Made by a program: the position numbers and the translations under genes | Part shown: piece after piece, positions 1-11,895 of the stretch | Layout of the letters: every line of letters starts with the position of its first letter | Numbering within the stretch: the first letter of the stretch is position 1 | Notes under the pieces: generated by a model | Told to the model about the DNA's origin: nothing | What the model saw: only the letters and a program-made list of their open reading frames with translations | Databases searched by the model: none | Source of the DNA: Lama glama | Taxonomy: Eukaryota | Direction of reading: 5' to 3' | DNA length: 64,000 nt | NCBI GenBank assembly: GCA_028534125.1 | Contig: CM052816.1 | Span: forward strand, 9,364,001 to 9,428,000

Positions 1-1199
1 AAGGACTTAGATTGGCCCAGCTGAGGCTGCATACACTCCTGTGAAACCATCACTGTGGTCAACAGAAAGGACACTCTGTGTGACAGGGCCTGGCCTACCT
101 GCCTACCCCTGTGCTGATACTGAAGGAGATGCAAAGACTACTGTGACTAGTGGGACCTCTGGGAATCACATAATTCAAATCATGCAGTTTCTTACAGTGG
201 GTCCATTGAGGGTTGACCCGTTGAGCATATCTCAGCATTGCTGATCAGGGTGCAGCCCATTCCTTTTAGACTTAGCATGATCAGTGCTGACTTACAATTC
301 CTTCTTTTTTTGAAGGCCAAGGATAAAAAGCTGAAATTGCTATGAGTTGGTAGGCAGAGAGGAGACATTATCTTTTTTCCCTCTTAACAGCTTCTTTCTT
401 ACATTAGCTGACAATAAAAAAACATGGAGTTTCTATTGGTCCAAAGCAAGCAGGTCGAGTTTTCAATAGAGATGCCTGTTTCACGCTGAGTTCTTTAATA
501 GAGGGGTCCTATTTGGCAGGCTTGTTGTTGTGTTCCAAGCACACAGTACCCAGATTGGGATATAGCTGTTGCTCAAAAAATGTTTGTTGAGGCAAAGAAG
601 GAAGGAAGGAAAGAAGCAAAGAAAAGGGAGAGAGGGAGAGAAGGAAGGAGAGAAGAAGGGAGTTGATCTAACAGCATATTGGGTTAGGTTCTTAAGATAC
701 CAGATATAAATATGTCCAAGGAAAACTCTTAACTTTAAGGTGAAAGTTTTGAAGATTCACGGAGCGTCTTATCAAGCAGCAAAACTACAAAGAATAAAAT
801 TATTTGTTAGCAAAGATTGATAGCATTTAAGACCAGAAAGAAAGAAAAAGTATGTATGCCTCATATATTCATTTTATTTAATATTTTGCTTCTGAAGAAC
901 ATTTGTTTCCTTTTTAATGGTTATAACATTTTAGCAAATACACACACGCACCTACTCTATAAAACATTATTCTCATTCTTGGTTACCTGCACTTTCAGGA
1001 ACTCTCTCCATCTGGACAATGAAACTGAAGGCAATGCTTCACCACTTGCCTTACTCATGGATAAAATATCCATGAGAAATCCTGAGACTCTGTGGGGCAG
1101 AGCTGTCAGTGGAAACATTAGATAACATTAGCAGACAGCACACAACTTGAAGACTATCAAGTACGGGAAATACAGACCAATTCCAGTCGGTGTTAGGCT

Positions 1200-1730
1200 A
1201 CTAGTAGGAATGGAACTGTGATTGCTGTGGCCTGGAGCCATTGGCTGGGTTTTCATAGAGGACTTGGCAGTTAAAACAGGACTCAGAGTAGTTGGGAAGA
1301 ATTTATAGAGAAAAATAGCAATGGAGAGGCAGAGTCAGGAGCACCAGAACAGACAGAATAAAGAAAGGCACAAGAAGTGCTTGAGACCAAATAAGAGAAT
1401 TCAAATGACAGTAGTACAGACTATGAGTTAGGAAAACAAAGCAGCTATGATGGGCCAGGGTCAGGACTGGAATGTTAGGGAATGATTTTCGGGCTTACAT
1501 TTGATAGCCATATGGAAGCTACTGGAAGTTCTTGAGTCTAGGACTGACATGAAGAAAATGTAAGGAAGATAAGCTGTGTGTTGAGTAGATTAAGAAGTGG
1601 AGAGACCAGAGGCAGGAAGAACTGTGGAAAGGGCATTCATTGCAGGGCTCAGCCTCAGGGAGGGAACCAGCAGGAGGCAGGTAGTTCGGGGAGAGACACT
1701 ACCATGATGGTTTTCAAGCTTGAGACACTG
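1200..1730 (-). mobile_element. L2 LINE fragment, highly decayed
   Basis: Purine-rich antisense-L2 motifs (gccatatggaagctactggaagttcttgag, gtggagagaccagaggcaggaaga); recognised by eye, boundaries approximate. Confidence 0.55.
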
Positions 1731-2774
1731 ACCAAGTCTTTTAAAGGAAAAAGAGATTTCTTGTGGTTCCCAGTGTTGACATTTCTCTTAGTAGAATGTT
1801 ATCTACATATAAACAAACACAAAATAGGAGTAAATTGCTCATTTTAAGCTTGTATACAATTAAAATAGCAAAAACAAAGTTGTAAATTAAATGTAGATAA
1901 AATTACAAAATAACTACAAATTAAGTGGACACATTTATTTAAGTGTGAAGGATAATCCTGTTTGACTGAAGGGAATTCTCTGCTCATACCTGCTCCGGAA
2001 AAGTCCTTTAGAATCTGACTTGTTTGCACTCACTTGAGCCTCAGATCTCCCATCATAGGTTTTTTCTTTGCATTGCTGCAGAATTTTGTTCCATGAAATT
2101 CTGTGATATCATGGGGCTCTCACTTGCTGTGAATACATCATTTACTCATTAAGACTGCCTCTATTTTTTTTAATTAGCCATGTCATCTAAGTAGTGTTAC
2201 TTCAGTCCAATTTGCTTATAAACACAACAAATACAGGCACTGAAATCTCATGAGGTAATAATGCAGGTGACCCAAGTATTAAGTGTTTAAATGATCATAA
2301 AAGTCAGATGAAAAATTATAACATTATTATAGGATTCCCAAGACTTTATGGATCTCTGAGACTCCATTGAGAAGCACTGGTGCTATAGAAAGGTTTACTG
2401 AGCCTACAGCCTCTTTCAAAGGGAGCTGCCTTTTCTGAACCTCTGCTGCTTAAGTGACCACGTCCTGTGCCTTATCACCTATTGGCCTTTCCTCACCCCC
2501 ACCCTCTGGCCACTGTGGGGTGGGGCAGGAAGGGAGGGTGCACTTGAGCCAAGGACACACAAACCACTGGCTGGTGAGTAGCTAGAAATTTTTAGACGGT
2601 AAAAAGAGAGTTGGTCGTATTCCCGCCCTCGTCCCTCCCCAGCCTTTGCAGAGAAGTTGCCGACTGACAACACGTGAATGCAGAAAGGTGGTGCTGACGG
2701 GGGCCTAGAGACCTGTGTTGCTCACAAGCAAAGTGAAGTAATGGGGAAATAGACACCATGCACATTTTGAATCA

Positions 2775-3195
2775 CTCTCCAGTTACAGTTATCAATAAAT
2801 CTAGCACAAATTAGGTTAAGTGAAAAAAGAAAATGTCGTTGCTTCAAGACAAGAACAGTCAATCATTCCACTTGGGCCAGGTTTCTCTCCTTCCAGTGGT
2901 TCTACTTTCCTCTATGATTACAGATGGTAATAAGAAAAGTGGGCACGTCTCCCCACCAACCAACAAGAGTCTTAAATCTGGTAAACTCTAACCAAGTCTA
3001 TAGGCTCATCCCTGAGGAAATGTGTGGGACCCAAAAGGTCTGATACTGTGATTCACATGCCCAGTCCTGAGAGTGATAAATGGTGTTTTCAGATCCTTCC
3101 AAAACACTTGGACTGAGAACAGGGGAGGATGTTTCCCAGAGGAAAACTGGGGGAAGGGGAAAGGGACGTTTGGCAGCAACATCACTTATTCACTG
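2775..3195 (-). mobile_element. Old MaLR (MLT1J/K-like) solo LTR, decayed
   Basis: MLT1-like termini (ccagttacagttatc...aaattaggttaagtgaaaaaag; ttcccagaggaaaactggggg...tggcagcaac). Confidence 0.5.
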
Positions 3196-3320
3196 TACAG
3201 CCTTTCTCTGAGCCCCAGTTTCTTTGTAAAACGATTATAGTAATCCTGTGCTGCCCACCACTCAAGACTGCTGTGAAAATGAAATGAGGCGGGGGTGTAA
3301 ACATGATTCTAAATTACAGT

Positions 3321-3465
3321 CTCACAGTGAAAAAAAAATGTGACAATGAATATATATATGCTTGTGTATAACTGAAAAATTGTGCTCTACACCGGAATTT
3401 GACACAACATTGTAAAATGACTGTAACTCAATTGAAATAAATAAGTAAGTAAGTAAGTAAGTAAG

Positions 3466-3499
<34 letters not shown>
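3321..3499 (+). mobile_element. Young, severely 5'-truncated L1 3' end with microsatellite tail
   Basis: Reverse complement of the L1 3' ends at 48121 and 61236; flanked by 9-bp TSD aaattacag (3311-3319, 3500-3508). Confidence 0.9.
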
Positions 3500-3500
<1 letters not shown>

Positions 3501-3501
3501 A
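3442..3501 (+). repeat. Compound microsatellite (TAAG)6(TAAA)9
   Basis: Counted directly in the sequence. Confidence 0.95.
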
Positions 3502-4261
3502 ATTACAGAATACATATGACATGAGTAATGTTGTTTCAAGGGCTTGTTATTCCCCCTTGTTGAGTACACAAGAGCATAATCAAGCTGCATGGGCACTTTC
3601 CACCCTACTGACTGCAGCTTCAAGTTTCCTGGGATCAGTTCCTCTTGCAAGATTCAAGGGTTTTCCCCTCATTTTATTTTGGTCAGCACATGTGGTTTGC
3701 AAACTGCAAGCATTTCTATTTTAATGGCAGCTGCTAGAACTTTATGGAGTCATTAATTTTAAGTCTAAAGGCTTTCCCATTGTCAAAAGTCTTTCAGTAC
3801 GCAGCCTAGAAGGATGTACAACTTGCAGTTTTATTGGAATCTGGACTGGAAGAGCATGGTCAGAGCTCAAAGGAGGAGGGGCACTGTAAGAAAGCCACAA
3901 CTTCTGTGTGTTAAAGGGTTCATTGATTTTTGAAATGTATGTGATTCAAACAGCCAAAGAACACTGCATTCTTTGCGTTTCTTCTCTGGGACGGTGCACA
4001 GTCTGATGTAGGAGTTGTTAGGGTAAATTGGTGCTGAGATAAGCAACCCCTCGGGAGGGATGGTCGATGGTGAAAGGGGCAGCAGATTTGGCTCTGGCAG
4101 CCCCCTTGGTTGGGGGTCCCATGTGCAGGCTCCAGCTGTGCACTCCCAGCTGGAAAATCCAGCAACCTGCGGATCCTAGTTTGTTTGAATTTGGGGGAAT
4201 AGGAAGAGCAGAAGAGTTACATCTGTTGTTTTAGTCAGCATTGTGGGGGCACCTCCTTTGA

Positions 4262-4425
4262 GCAGAGGTTCTTAATGAAGTGCCCTAATAAGAATTAACG
4301 AAAGATGTATTTTGAAATTTGGGTGCATAATTCTCAACCCAAGAAATTCCTATTTAGGATGTCTGAGTTAAGAGCTAGACATGTGCATCTTGAAAATGCT
4401 TTCTGGGATATGCTGATGCTCCGAC
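4262..4425. mobile_element. MER5A-like hAT-Charlie MITE, decayed
   Basis: cagaggttcttaa start; ...atgtgcatcttgaaaatgctttctgggatatgctgatg resembles MER5A. Confidence 0.55.
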
Positions 4426-4729
4426 CCAATGTTGTCAGTTATTTCTCTGACCAGCCTGTTGGGCTCACTGGAGTCTCTCTTTCCCTTCCTCATTGAGTTC
4501 AGTGGGTTCCTTGATATGTGGCCAGAAACAGCCTTGGGAGAAACCCCTGCTCCCCACTTAGGGCTTTGCTTCACAGTCATTCCTCTCTCCTCTGAATTCC
4601 TTCGGTGCTTTGTCTTGTTCACACAACACTTATCACCATGTTCTGTATTGGAGTTATTTATGAACATGTCTTATCTCCTAACACACAAGCCCCAAAAAGG
4701 CTGAGACTCTGTGACACCCAGAGGTCACT

Positions 4730-5768
4730 CACTGGGGCCCTTGGATTGCATTCCGTCTGTAGATATATTTTCCTTGGCCCTCAGAGTATTTAAAACTTTT
4801 TTGATTTACTTGCCAACTTTTAAAATGATGGAGATATTCTTCCCACTCCTGACTTTCCCCCTAAATATAATGATCATTGTGCAATAATTTTTCTGTTGAA
4901 ATACCTGAAGTCTTACCAACACAGGCCCAACATTCCTACATTGCTACTATTACCTGGAACTGAAGAATGGTTTCCCCTTTCATTCTTTTTTTTTTTATAT
5001 TTCTTTCCTGTAAAAATTTTTTATTGAAGTATAATCAGTTTACAGTATTGTGTCAATCTCTTGTGTACAGCATAATGTTTTAGTCACACATACACATACA
5101 TAAATTCATTTTCATATTCTTTTTCATTATGGGTTACTACAAGATATTGAATATAGTTCCCTGTGCTATCCTGTATAAACTTGTTATTTATCTATTTTAT
5201 ATATAGTAGTTTGTATCTGCAAATCTCAAACTTCCAATTTATCCCTTCTTACCTGCTTCCACATCTGGTAACCATAAATTTGTTTTCTGTGTCTGAATCT
5301 GTTTCTGTTTTGTGAATAGGTTCATTTGTCTTTTTTTTAGATTCCATATGTAAGTGCTATCAATATGGTATTTTTCTTTCTCTTTCTGGCTTACTTCACT
5401 TAGAATGACAATCTCCAGGTCCATCCATGTTGCTGCAAATGGCATTATTTTATTATTTTTATGGCTGAGTAGTATTCCATTGTGTGTATGTATATACCAC
5501 ATCTTATTTATCCAGTCATCTGTCAATGGACATTTAGGTTGTGCCCATTTTTGGACTGGGTTGTTTGGGGGGGTTTTTTGTTATTAAGTTGTAGGAAGTG
5601 TTTGTATATTCTGGAAATTAAGCCCTGTCACAATTTCCCCTTTTAAGTGGGGATTGCATTCTCTAGTTCACCACAGTCCCCACCACTCCCTATTATCTTA
5701 TACTGGGCTGCTTCTTTCATTAACATTTCTCTCCTGGCACCTGTTTGGCATTTGAATTCGTAAACCAT
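4730..5768. mobile_element. MER102 (hAT-Charlie) split by a later L1 insertion
   Basis: Left half ends ...tacctggaactgaagaatggtttccccttt; right half resumes ...ctctagttcaccacagtccccaccactccctatt...ggcatttgaattcg, diagnostic of MER102. Confidence 0.75.
4981..5633 (-). mobile_element. 5'-truncated lineage-specific L1 (3'UTR + ORF2 C-terminus) with internal deletion
   Basis: Minus ORF 5239-5526 encodes DWINKMWYI...MPFAATWMDLEIVILSEVSQ; 10-bp TSD tttccccttt (4971-4980, 5634-5643) followed by taa, giving a TTTT/AA L1 EN site. Confidence 0.92.
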
Positions 5769-6689
5769 TAAGCACTTTTTATTTCTTCATAGTATCTGAC
5801 TTTTTATAGGTGCTTCATAAATATTTGTCAAATGGCAAAACAAAAAGCTAAACTGCTCTAGGGGATGGGTGCTTAAGTGGGCTTCTTTCTCTAAGCTGCC
5901 AGATATGAATTTGTAAGAAGAACAAAAGAGTCTGTTAGATTTTGTATTATGGCTTTCCCAAGTCAAGAATTATGAGCTGGTTCCTCATTTTCAGGAGCTT
6001 TATCTAAATCTCTTTACTTACCAGCTGCCAAGTAGCTAGGCGATCCTCCTCAAGCTGGAGGAAATTGATACTAAACAAGGGAATTTGAATGAGCAGGTCA
6101 TTCTTACCCGATCTCTCCCTGAATTTTTGTGTGGTAGCCTGCTATCTGTCAGGGCTTTCAGATTGGCTTCATGTAACTCGCCACTGGAAAGCCCCTTGGG
6201 TGGAGCAGTTTTTGTCGAGGAATATCCCTTTTATGGGATATTATGGCTGCCAGGATCATCATCACGTTTTTGTAGAACATATAAATGGAATAGCACTTTC
6301 AGTGCTGATTTCCAAAATGCAACCTCATCTCCTTAGCTCTCTAGTTAAAATTCCTCGTGTCCACCATTCCCACATCCTATGTAGGATGTGAGCCACTTGA
6401 GAAAATTTTAGGAATTATATGAGATATTTTACAATTTTATTGGTCTTATGTTCATTTTTCTGGTTACCTATTCTTAGTGGCAAATGACACTGCCCTTCTA
6501 TATATAATATATGTGACAATATTATTAAACTTTCCTTTAAAATATTTTATGTAAAAATTACATTTATTGAAAGAAAAATAAGGAAATAATAGTTCTGGTG
6601 GAATGAGACTTGCAGAAATGGTGAGTTTGACACTGGCTTGGGAATGATTGGATTTTAAGATAAAGTCTGAGACCTGCCACCCATGGGAC

Positions 6690-7420
6690 ACTGCCCATCT
6701 CTTTGGCCTCAGCTCCCACCAATTTCTTTCTTCCTTTCCCAATGTACATCCTAGTACAACAAGAGCTTTTTTCTGTTCCTTAAATATACTGGGAGGTGTC
6801 CCTACTTTTCATAAGTGGTTTCACAATGGCTAGATCTTCTTCCTTGATAGCGTTCAGTATTCTGTCTGCTAAAAGCATCCCCTACGCCCCCGCTCCCACC
6901 TCACCGTTTTCTCATATGACTGGTGTTTCTCAGTTGCAGCTGCAGTGCAACCTCCTCTGAGATGCCTCACTGGCCTACCCTATATAATATAGTTCTTCCC
7001 ACAAACTGTAACTTTTTAAAAACCTATTTCCTCTCTTGATTATTAAGCATGTCTCCCATTGCATCATGAGTTCCTTGAAGGCAGAACCCTTGTGTCCTGT
7101 TCACTGCTACATCCCCAATGGTCAGTAGGAGTGCCAGGTACACATAGATGCTCAATAGATATTTGATGAATGAATGAATGTTCTTCCTGCCTTTGTACCT
7201 TGGTAAATTCCTACTCATCCTTCAAGGTCCATCCCGGCCATGAACTATTTATGTGAGGACTCCCTGCACCCTCCTCAACAAAGAGTTGTCCCTCTCTTCT
7301 CTAAGTCCACACAGCATCGTCTACATATCACCATTATAGTATCAGGTACATTGTATTATAACTGGAGTAAAGGTCTGTTTACCCCAAAAGACTGTGAACT
7401 TCTTAGATACAAAACTACCC
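6690..7420 (+). mobile_element. L2 fragments including a 3' tail
   Basis: gttccttgaaggcagaaccc...agatgctcaatagatatttgatgaatgaatgaatg, typical L2 3' end. Confidence 0.75.
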
Positions 7421-7989
7421 CCCGACCCCTGCTCCAGCCCCACCATCTAGTATTCATCCTCATTTTCTAACCATGGATGCTACTCATACCAAGGGAAACC
7501 ATCTCCTTCTAATGACTTTGTATCCAGAGCTGACTGGGGTGGGAAGTGAGCAGAGATAGCAAAGACAGTAAGAAAACAGTTATTGGCATTTGTGGGACAT
7601 TAGGCTAAGTATGCATGGCTTTTAGACATGCCCATACAACTAGATTAATGAAAGTTGTTGTTTCTTTTAGAGATTTGTTTGGTTTAACGCAAATCCTCCC
7701 ACTCAGAAGTCTACAACACAATGCTTCCACCTGCAGAAAAACTCAACCTTGCCATCTAGTGGTAGAAATCTTGAACTGCAGGCATGCATTTATTCCTTTT
7801 TTTTTTCTTTTTCCTATTCAGCAGCTATTTACTGACCGCCTACGATGTGTCAATAATTGACACAGACAGATCTCTGTCCGCATTGAGTTATTCATGTATT
7901 GATCACTTTCTCTGGGTGAATCATGTTGTTTGGAGCTCTGGTTTTACAGGTTTAGATAAACAGACCCATGGGAGGCCAGGTTTGTTGGG

Positions 7990-8310
7990 ACAAAGGTCAA
8001 ACACTGGCATCACTGGGCTCATGCAAGTTGTTTTTTTGGCTTAATCGGTAACTATAAAAAATATAAACAAGTTTGGGAGGCTTAAACACACACACACACT
8101 ACAGGGACCTCTGGCTTGTCTGGAAAATCATAAGATCTGGCAATAGTGCCCTGCATTCTTGCGTTTCAACAACTGGCTGGGACTGAGGAGCAGCTTGTCC
8201 TTCTAGTCGGGGTGACTCTGCCAGCCCCACATCAGCTCTCCTGTCCACTTGCTCATTTGTGTGTGATCTCTTTTCAGACGTATCCAGACACTTGGGTGGA
8301 TTTTGGTTCT
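7990..8310. mobile_element. MER102-like element, decayed
   Basis: gaaaatcataagatctggcaatagtgccctgcattc...aactggctgggactgaggagcagc resembles MER102 and the 4730 copy. Confidence 0.55.
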
Positions 8311-8579
8311 CTGCTTTTCTTTTTAAGGAAGGACTTTTCCAAATGTCTCCAGTCCTTCCAAGAAGGCCCCTATTCCCAGTAGAGGATTATAACTGCACAG
8401 TTGTTAAGGGGGTAATATGCTCCTTGATGATCCCTGGATTCAGGGCCATTTATTTCTCTGGGTTTCTGTCCTAAAGGAAAACCTCTTTGCTCACATGCCT
8501 CCACCCCCACTAGGTTATTTCCCTTTCCCACCTTACTTGGTAAGATCGAGGATTTTTATAGAGATGTTGAGTATTTCTC

Positions 8580-9040
8580 CTTCTTGTTTGTTCAGCAAAT
8601 ACTTAATGGACACTTCCTAAGAGCCAGGACCTCTGCTTTGTGTGGGAGATGTATCTGAGGATGCAACACCCACACTCTTTGCAGAGCTGACTGTGTGACC
8701 ATCATGAAAGGTCCACAATGCCATGGAAACATGGAAAAAGAATGCTGGACCTAATATGGGGGTGGAAATGGGGTCAGAGGGCATCTCTGGAGAAAGTAAC
8801 GTTGACCTTCAACCCTCAGGATCAACAGTAGTTAGCCAATGCGGGAGAAACCTGCACAAATGACCAGATTCAAGAAAACGGATGGAGGTAGAGAGAGAAA
8901 TTCAGCAGTGCCTGTGGGCTCTGTGGAGAAGCAGACCTCATTTTGCAGGTGGTGGGGAGTAAGGGGAGCCCACGAGCAGGGGAATGAATGCTCACATCTA
9001 CGTTTTCAGATCACTCCACCAGCAAATCCATTTTAAGAGG
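8580..9040 (-). mobile_element. L2 fragment
   Basis: ttgttcagcaaatacttaatggacacttcc start followed by antisense L2 body motifs. Confidence 0.6.
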
Positions 9041-10329
9041 TCTGGCTGAGAGCTAGGACAGCTGGTTCCTTTGGACCTCTCTTAGTTCAGTTTTACACGG
9101 GGCAGTGTTGTGGTGAAGGGCTCCGGGGGAGGCACCCTGGGCATCCTGACGGCACAGCGCTGATGCTGTTGTCCTGCCCCTGGCGCTGCTCTTGTTTTGC
9201 CCTTTGAATTCTTGTTTTTCTGTTTCCACTTTCCCGCAAGTTCTCTCTGTTTTCTCTGTAGTTCCTCGTCATTTTCCATGTAATTCAGGCATTTTCCTGG
9301 AGCTGCTATGGGTTTGTGGTTGCCTGGAGAACCACAGCAACAAGGTCCTGAGCTCCTTACCCACCCCAGGGAGCCCTTATATCGAAAAGTTAGCTTCAAA
9401 GCCTAGTTGGAAGTAGTCAGTATGAAGCAAAAAGTCAACAAACATTTCCCTGGAGTCTTGGCACTGGAAGGTCTTTTTCTTTTTCCTTTTGCTCAATTCC
9501 CAGCCAGTTAGCAGCCTGAACTTCTACCTACTTATCCGGTCCCTGTGGCAGCTCCCAGCTGTGCTATAGTGGTGCCTGTCAAGGTGGGATGTGATCCAAC
9601 TCCCCACCCCATCCACCAGCCCTTCCTCTTTCCGACAGTGGAACAGTCTCCTCTCAGAATGAACTAGTTTAGGTGCCCGACACACTGACTTGAGCCGCTG
9701 TAGTTGCGGGCTGTGTGGTCTCAAGAAACTTAATCTTCCATCTTGGGCCCAAGTTTCCTTTTCTGTAGAGTAAGAAGGGTGGTCCCTGTTATGCCTGCTT
9801 CACACGGTTATTTTAAGAGGACAGTGACTCCACAGATTCATTCGGTCATTTACAAAACATTTATTGATTACTCAGCCATATGCCAGCCCCTGTGGGATGA
9901 AATCTCTTGTTAAACTGTAACATGCTACACAAGCATGACAGTCTCAGATGCAAAAAGCTCATTACCAACTGGGTCACACTGACTGCATTTGTTTTGCTTC
10001 CCTCATCTGTCTTGCCTCCAGGTAGGAGCAACCTCTGCTACCTGAACTGTCCACCCATAAGCATTCAAGGCAAAGCTTTGGTAAAGATACTTAACACAAA
10101 GAAGATATCAACTAGCAATAGAAAGATCTGTGGTGACAAAGCCTGTGTGTGTTTGGAGACTTAAGTCCTGCAGCAGAGGCTGTAAGAGGATGGTCAGCCC
10201 AATTTTTCCTATTGCTCCAGCACTGATAATCAGGACTCGAACAATGAACAAAGAGGAGTTGTCCCTCATTCTAAAAAGAGTTTTCAACAGTTGGGGCCGG
10301 GACACTCCTCTCCCACAAATCCTCAGGGC

Positions 10330-11100
10330 TTCCTAAAAGTCAAAACTTGCCTTGGCACCATGAGCCTCTCAGCTTCCTCCAGCCTTCTCTCCAGGCTACT
10401 TAGTCAGAAGTCTAGAGGAGGAGCAGAGGAAAGAAGAATCACCAGAGGGGTCATCCTTGTTGGCAGTGAGGTGCTCCGGGGAAGGTGTTGAAGGGTTAGG
10501 ATCCCAATGGGAAGCAGATGGGAAACTCGCATTAAAACAATCTAGGGAAGGTTTACCTACCAAGGGGAACCACAAAGGATCGTGTGGCCACGCAGGGGGA
10601 GTAGCCCCAGGGCTCTTACTGCTTCTGGCACAAAGGGATGAGAAGAAGGAACTGAAAACAGAACCCAGAAGGAGAGAGCCATCTTCATGCCAATTAGAAA
10701 TATTTTTCAGGGGTTGGCCAAGATAGTGGTGGACCCCAGTATAGAAGAGCAGGAGTGTTAGAGAGAAATGTGAAAATATGAGAGCTATTTGGAAGGCAGA
10801 CTTCATGAGGCTTACAGATGGAATGGATTGTGAAGGAAGATGGAAAATGGAAAGGGAGGAACATTCAGGTTATAGGTTTCAAGTTTGGGTAACTGGGTGA
10901 GTGGTGGTGCCATTAATTTTGAGTGGGAACACAGGGTGCAGCTGGGGAGGGTTGGAGGATCCCTGTTCAGTTTGGGACTTGCCAGGTCAAGATGACTGTA
11001 AGAAATCTAGGTGGGGGTATCCAGTATTCAGTTGGATATGGCATCTGAGGTTCAGAAAAAAGACCCTGGCTAGAGATACAGGATCATACTATAGGGGAGC
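10330..11100 (-). mobile_element. L2 fragment
   Basis: Antisense L2 motifs (gtttgggtaactgggtgagtggtggtgccatt, ttcagtttgggacttg, gttggatatggcatctgagg). Confidence 0.6.
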
Positions 11101-11324
11101 AATCTGATCTGTTAAAGGCTGCTATGTAACATGTACACAAGGCTTTGAAATCTGATGTCTACTGGGTGAAGAAACCAGTTGTTCGCATTTGGGAAAACTG
11201 TCTTTGCTGCCACTTGGAATTATGGCCACGCCTGGAAAAGATGATACTGTGATGCTGGTCCATTACTGTCCACAAAGTAGCTGTTTTGCTGCAGAGGAAA
11301 TTGAGGTCCAGAGAGGTAAAGTGT

Positions 11325-11895
11325 TGTAGTTAGTGTTATTATTCTTGCAAGTGACCAAAATCTCAGTTAAAAGCAGCTTAAGGAAACACAGAGATTTATT
11401 GGTTCAGATCTGGGGGTGCTATTTGGCTTCAGGCACAGTTTGATCCAGAGGCTCAGGAAATGTCATTGAGTCACAGTGTCTGTTCTTTTCTATTAGTTCT
11501 GCTTTGCTTCATACATTTGTTGGCTTTACTCAGACTGGCTCAGATTCATAACAGCAAAATGGCTTTAGCAACTCAAAGCCTCACATGCTCAGACCTTTAA
11601 ATCTAGTGAACAGATACCTAACTTTTCTCTTCTAGAAGCACGCTATTACAGATCTCAAGTTTTCTCACTGGCCCTAATCAGATCCTCTCCTTAGCCCTGA
11701 TCTGTCACTGTGGGCAGAGAGATAGGGTGTGCCAAGTGCACTGATGCAGTAAGAGCTTACTCAAGAGCTAGGGGACAATCAGTCCCACCTAAATGTTAGG
11801 ATTTCGTAGTAGAAGAGGGGTGTATCCACACGTGAAAAACAGGGTGCTGTCACCTAAGAAAAGATGCTGGAGAGGGGAAAAAATAATATCCACAA
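11325..11895 (-). mobile_element. MLT1K-like MaLR solo LTR
   Basis: tgtagttag...ttgcaagtgaccaaaatctcagttaaaagcagcttaagg...ggcttcaggcacagtttgatccagaggctcag. Confidence 0.7.

Noticed and set aside
9082..9399. 105-aa Lys/Gln-rich minus ORF
   Set aside because: Composition explained by the complementary pyrimidine tract; no homology recognised
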